DNA of 58,301 bases from IMG/VR virus record IMGVR_UViG_3300032244_000142, positions 1-58,301 of that record; one strand, 5' to 3'. This stretch comes from a virus (Duplodnaviria; Caudoviricetes). This document shows, in pieces, positions 54,492 through 58,301 of this stretch. Every line of letters begins with the position of its first letter. Position 1 is the stretch's first letter. The notes under the pieces were generated by a model. That model made no database searches, was not told the origin of the DNA, and was given only the letters and a program-made list of their open reading frames with translations. The position numbers and the translations under genes are program-made.

Positions 54492-55241
54492 ATGAGTACC
54501 AGCAAACCAGCATCAAGGGAAGAATTAAAGCAATTCTGTCTTAGACGATTGGGCGCACCTCTATTAGAAATTAACGTCGCAGATGAGCAAATAGAAGATT
54601 GTATTGAAATTGCGTTTTCATATTATTATGATTATCACTATGATGCAACAGAGAAAATCTATCTAGCACATCAAGTCACAGACGAAGATAAAGTCAATAA
54701 GTACATTCAAATTCCAGATGAAATCATTGGAGTTACAAGCATACTTGACGTTGGCGATAGCTATTCGACAAACAATCTATTTAATCTAAGATATCAGATT
54801 TCTTTGAACGATTTATATTCATTCAATACAGGTCCGTTTGCGCCATACTACATGGCGTTTCAAAACGTTGCACTTGCTGAAGAACTATTCGTTGGTAAAC
54901 AGTCTCTAAGATTCAATCGTCATATTAATAAACTTTATATTGATATGTCTTGGGATACTAAAGTCAAAACTGGCGAATACATTATCATTGAAGGCTATAA
55001 GAGAATTGATCCAAACACATATACAGACATGTATAATGATCGTTGGCTTCAGAGATATTGTACAGCACAAATCAAAAAGCAATGGGGTGAGAATCTTAAA
55101 AAGTTCGAAGGCATTTCAATGCCTGGTGGAATCACATTCAATGGGCAAAAGATTTGGGATGAAGCACTAGACGAATTAAATCAATTAGAAACAGAAATGA
55201 TTTCTTCTTACTCGCTACCAGTTCTAGACATGGTTGGATAA
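54492..55241 (+). CDS. gp13: neck protein gp13
   Basis: ELKQFCLRRLGAP..EINV, Y.DRWL..Y.TA.IK.QWG.NL.KF.G..MPGG. Confidence 0.95.
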   Translation: MSTSKPASREELKQFCLRRLGAPLLEINVADEQIEDCIEIAFSYYYDYHYDATEKIYLAHQVTDEDKVNKYIQIPDEIIGVTSILDVGDSYSTNNLFNLRYQISLNDLYSFNTGPFAPYYMAFQNVALAEELFVGKQSLRFNRHINKLYIDMSWDTKVKTGEYIIIEGYKRIDPNTYTDMYNDRWLQRYCTAQIKKQWGENLKKFEGISMPGGITFNGQKIWDEALDELNQLETEMISSYSLPVLDMVG

Positions 55242-56053
55242 TGGCTCGCAATAGATTCTTTAATCAATACTCTCCGATTAAATCGGAGCAGTCACTAATT
55301 AGATCATTAGTTGTAGAGTCAATAAAGATTTATGGTGTCGATGCATATTACATGCCAAGAACCCATGTAAATTTAGATAAACTTTACAACGAAGATGGCG
55401 CAGTCATTTATGATGATGCACTTGAAATGGAAATGTTCATCAAAAGTTATGATGGCTTCATGGGACAAGAAGACTTCATTTCTAAGTTTGGATTGCAAAT
55501 CGACGAGTCAATCACTTTTGTAGTTGCACAAAAAAGATTCATTGAATCATTGAAACCTTTAATGATGAATGAATATGGATACAATATTCTACTTGAAGAT
55601 GATAGTTATTTTCTTGCAGAGCAAGGCTACGATTACTCTGAAATTCTAAGACCTCGAGAAGGTGATTTGATTTGGATTCCAATGCTTGGATACATGTACG
55701 AAATCAAGTTCACAGAAAACATTGAAAACTTCTTCCAATTAGGCGATCTTTACACATTTGAAATGAGATGCGATAGATACGAATACTCTAGTGAAAGAAT
55801 CGATACTGACATTGCCGAAATTGATGCAATTGAAGATAAGTATAGTCTATCTACAACAAACGTAGAAAAATCTCTACTTGAAGATGATACATTGCTATTG
55901 TTAGAAGACGGAAACTATGTTATTGACGAATCTAACGTTGTTCTCGCTTCTGAAGTTTCTGCAGATAACATATTCATTGGACAGAAAATCATTACAGATG
56001 ATATATTAGATTTCTCAGAGAAAAACACTTTCGCAGATTCAAGGACTTTCTAA
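55241..56053 (+). CDS. gp14: neck protein gp14
   Basis: EQ.LI..LVVESIKIYG.D.YY.PR, SKFGLQI, RPREGDLI, FFQLG. Confidence 0.95.
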   Translation: MARNRFFNQYSPIKSEQSLIRSLVVESIKIYGVDAYYMPRTHVNLDKLYNEDGAVIYDDALEMEMFIKSYDGFMGQEDFISKFGLQIDESITFVVAQKRFIESLKPLMMNEYGYNILLEDDSYFLAEQGYDYSEILRPREGDLIWIPMLGYMYEIKFTENIENFFQLGDLYTFEMRCDRYEYSSERIDTDIAEIDAIEDKYSLSTTNVEKSLLEDDTLLLLEDGNYVIDESNVVLASEVSADNIFIGQKIITDDILDFSEKNTFADSRTF

Positions 56054-56055
56054 TC

Positions 56056-56787
56056 ATGATGTTCGGACACGATTTTTATCACGGCACATTAAGACGATAC
56101 ATTTTAATGTTCGGTAATCTATTCAACGAAATTCAAGTTGAACGGGATGATGCTAATGAAGCAAAGATACAAAATATTAATGTTCCAATTGAGTATGGTC
56201 CAAAACAAAAGTTTATCACAAGAGTTTTAACTGATCCAACTTTGAATAGAGAAATTTCAATCACACTTCCAAGACTTGGATATGAATTCACAAATTTAAA
56301 TTATGCTGGGCAAAGAAAATTAAATAGCGCACATAGAATTGTAAAAGGTATCAATACTGGTGGTACTGACTTTGATTATACATACACTCCAGTTCCTTAT
56401 GATATGAATTTTACTCTAAACATTTTCGTAAAGAATACTGAAGATGGTCATCAAATCGTAGAGCAAATCATTCCATTCTTTACACCAGATTTTACTGTTA
56501 CAATGAAAGTTCTACCGGAACTTGGTATAACAATGGACATTCCTATCGAATTGACAAGTGTTAATTCAGAAGATTCTTATGAGGGAGACTTTGAATCTCG
56601 TAGAGTACAAACATGGGATTTGAATTTTACCGTTAAGGGTTATCTATTCGGACCACTCAACAAATTCAAGTACATTGCTAATGCTGAAGTTAATACTGGA
56701 TTTTTGATTGAGAATGCAATTGTCACCACTCAAACATTTGAGGGTGATGAAAATTTTACTATTACTGAAACTATTACTGGCATATGA
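56056..56787 (+). CDS. gp15: tail sheath stabiliser/terminator gp15
   Basis: FYHGTLRRY..FG.LFN, VPIEYGPKQK, LPRL, PVPY, QI.EQI.PFF.P. Confidence 0.95.
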   Translation: MMFGHDFYHGTLRRYILMFGNLFNEIQVERDDANEAKIQNINVPIEYGPKQKFITRVLTDPTLNREISITLPRLGYEFTNLNYAGQRKLNSAHRIVKGINTGGTDFDYTYTPVPYDMNFTLNIFVKNTEDGHQIVEQIIPFFTPDFTVTMKVLPELGITMDIPIELTSVNSEDSYEGDFESRRVQTWDLNFTVKGYLFGPLNKFKYIANAEVNTGFLIENAIVTTQTFEGDENFTITETITGI

Positions 56788-57197
56788 AAAAAACTATAGA
56801 TGAAAAATTGAATAACATTTTTGAAATTCCATCAACAGCAGTTGCACAAGATGCAATCATTGATGTAGTACCAGTCAAAGATGAAGAAAATCATACCGTC
56901 GATTCTGATTATGAATACGCAAGAGATAATCTTCGTGGTCTAATTGAAAATGGTAAAATTGCAATGGAGAACATTATCTTTCTTGCTAAAGAGGGCGAGT
57001 CTCCAAGAGCATACGAAGTCATCGGTCAATTGATTAAAACACTTTCTGACACAAACAAAGATTTAATTGAATTGAGCAAGAAGGTAAGAGAAGCTAAAGG
57101 CAAAGATGTGCAACAGCAACAACCACAGAATGTGACAAACAATTCGTTATTTGTTGGTAGCACAGCAGAATTACAAAAATTAATTAACTCTAAATGA
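56784..57197 (+). CDS. gp16: terminase small subunit gp16
   Basis: DYEYARDNL, ESPRAYEV.GQLIK, NNSLFVGSTAELQKL. Confidence 0.95.
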   Translation: MKKTIDEKLNNIFEIPSTAVAQDAIIDVVPVKDEENHTVDSDYEYARDNLRGLIENGKIAMENIIFLAKEGESPRAYEVIGQLIKTLSDTNKDLIELSKKVREAKGKDVQQQQPQNVTNNSLFVGSTAELQKLINSK

Positions 57198-58301
57198 ATG
57201 ATGCACCAAAGTCGTATCTAGGAAATTCTCTACTAAAAGCATCTAATGTAAAGATCAATTTTAGTAGAGAAGAAGTTGAAGAGTATTTAAAATGTATCAA
57301 TGATCCAATATATTTTATAGAAACATATTGTAAGATTGTCACACTTGATCATGGTCTTCAATCGTTTAAACTATACGATTGCCAAAAGAAAAAAGTAAAA
57401 GTAATTCATGACAATCGAAAAGTCATTCTCATGGAAGGTCGACAACAGGGCAAGACAACAACTTCTGCAGCATACATTCTTTGGTATACATTATTTCAAT
57501 CGAGTAAGACTGTAGCGATTCTTGCAAACAAAGCAAGCGCAGCAAGAGAAGTTTTATATCGTTATCAAATTATGTATGAACATCTTCCTAAGTGGTTGCA
57601 ACAGGGCGTCACTACTTGGAATAAGGGTGATATTGCATTAGAGAATGGATCTATTGTGTTTACTGCAGCAACAAGTGCATCTGGTATTCGTGGTAAATCT
57701 GTAAATATGCTATACGTTGACGAAGCAGCAATCATACCAAACAACATTGCAGAACAATTTTTCACTTCAGTCTATCCTACAATCTCTGCTGGTGAAACTA
57801 CAAAGATTCTATTATCGTCTACTCCTTTAGGATATAATCATTTCTGGAAATTCTGGAATGATGCTGAAAATAATAGAAACGGATTTGTGAATCTATTCAT
57901 TCCGTATTGGGAGATTCCCGGTCGTGATGATGTATGGGCAGAGACACAAAGAAAACTATTAGGTGAAATCAAATTTAATCAAGAGGTTCTATGCAACTTT
58001 CTTGGTTCAAGCATGACACTAATATCTTCTGGTACAATTGGTCAAATGTCAGCTAATCAAATTATTCACTCAAAAGATGGTTTAGATATATACGAAAAGG
58101 TTCAAAAAGATCATTCTTATGTTATTGTCGCAGACACAGCAAAAGGTGTTGGTGCAGACTATTCAGCCTTCGTTATTCTAGACATTACAAAAATGCCTTA
58201 TGTGATGGTGGGTAAGTATAGAAACAATGAGATTAGTCCACTACTATATCCATCAGTTATAAACAAAGTTGGAAAAGAATATAACGAAGCATACGTTCTA
58301 A
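57194..58301 (+). CDS. gp17: terminase large subunit gp17 (3' end runs off the window; not in the ORF track)
   Basis: YLGNSLLK, DPIYF, GRQQGKTT Walker A, ILANK, WNKG.I.LENGS, YVDEAA, STPLGYNHF, ADTAKGVGADYS. Confidence 0.96.
   Translation, partial: MNDAPKSYLGNSLLKASNVKINFSREEVEEYLKCINDPIYFIETYCKIVTLDHGLQSFKLYDCQKKKVKVIHDNRKVILMEGRQQGKTTTSAAYILWYTLFQSSKTVAILANKASAAREVLYRYQIMYEHLPKWLQQGVTTWNKGDIALENGSIVFTAATSASGIRGKSVNMLYVDEAAIIPNNIAEQFFTSVYPTISAGETTKILLSSTPLGYNHFWKFWNDAENNRNGFVNLFIPYWEIPGRDDVWAETQRKLLGEIKFNQEVLCNFLGSSMTLISSGTIGQMSANQIIHSKDGLDIYEKVQKDHSYVIVADTAKGVGADYSAFVILDITKMPYVMVGKYRNNEISPLLYPSVINKVGKEYNEAYVL

Noticed and set aside
57565-57765. 66-aa minus-strand ORF
   Set aside because: Antisense shadow of the terminase large subunit, which the track omitted because its stop lies beyond the window
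1-58301. Stop-codon reassignment
   Set aside because: Core genes are full length under code 11; TAA, TAG and TGA all end conserved genes; no suppressor tRNA is seen

Overview
A 58-kb segment of an AT-rich T4-like (Tevenvirinae/Kyanoviridae-style) myophage genome. The host is uncertain; the small-ORF families and tmRNA type suggest a freshwater proteobacterium. Gene names are from motif recognition and synteny, not database searches. From 1 to 2.3 kb there is a tRNA cluster (Thr, Gly, Arg, Leu, Ile2) interleaved with a BPL-N/GATase-like gene, a rubredoxin, DUF2452 and YkuK. From 2.3 to 8.5 kb there is a hyperplastic early region of small ORFs. Its sigma70 promoters share a TGTTG-N8-CAACA palindrome. 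From 8.5 to 12 kb are phoH, a free-standing GIY-YIG homing endonuclease, a Cas4-like exonuclease, a MazG-like protein, a circularly permuted (two-piece) tmRNA and a SleB hydrolase. From 12 to 13.5 kb is a minus-strand four-gene membrane module built around a receptor-like sensor domain that has no output domain. From 13.5 to 20.1 kb is a GDP-sugar biosynthesis/glycosyltransferase operon. The T4 core follows: gp33, gp32, tape-measure-like protein, gp51, gp26, gp54/19-like, gp2, gp4, gp48, gp53, gp27-like, gp5, gp25, gp6, gp7-like, gp8 and a large DUF4815-like protein. Next come two parallel tail-fibre/adhesin cassettes, one GC-rich and carrying a 2OG-Fe(II) oxygenase. The window ends with gp13-16 and the 5' part of gp17. 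The most notable items are the permuted tmRNA, the orphan-sensor membrane module, the sugar operon, the dual fibre cassettes, the palindromic early-promoter element and an antisense sigma70 promoter pointing into gene 5.
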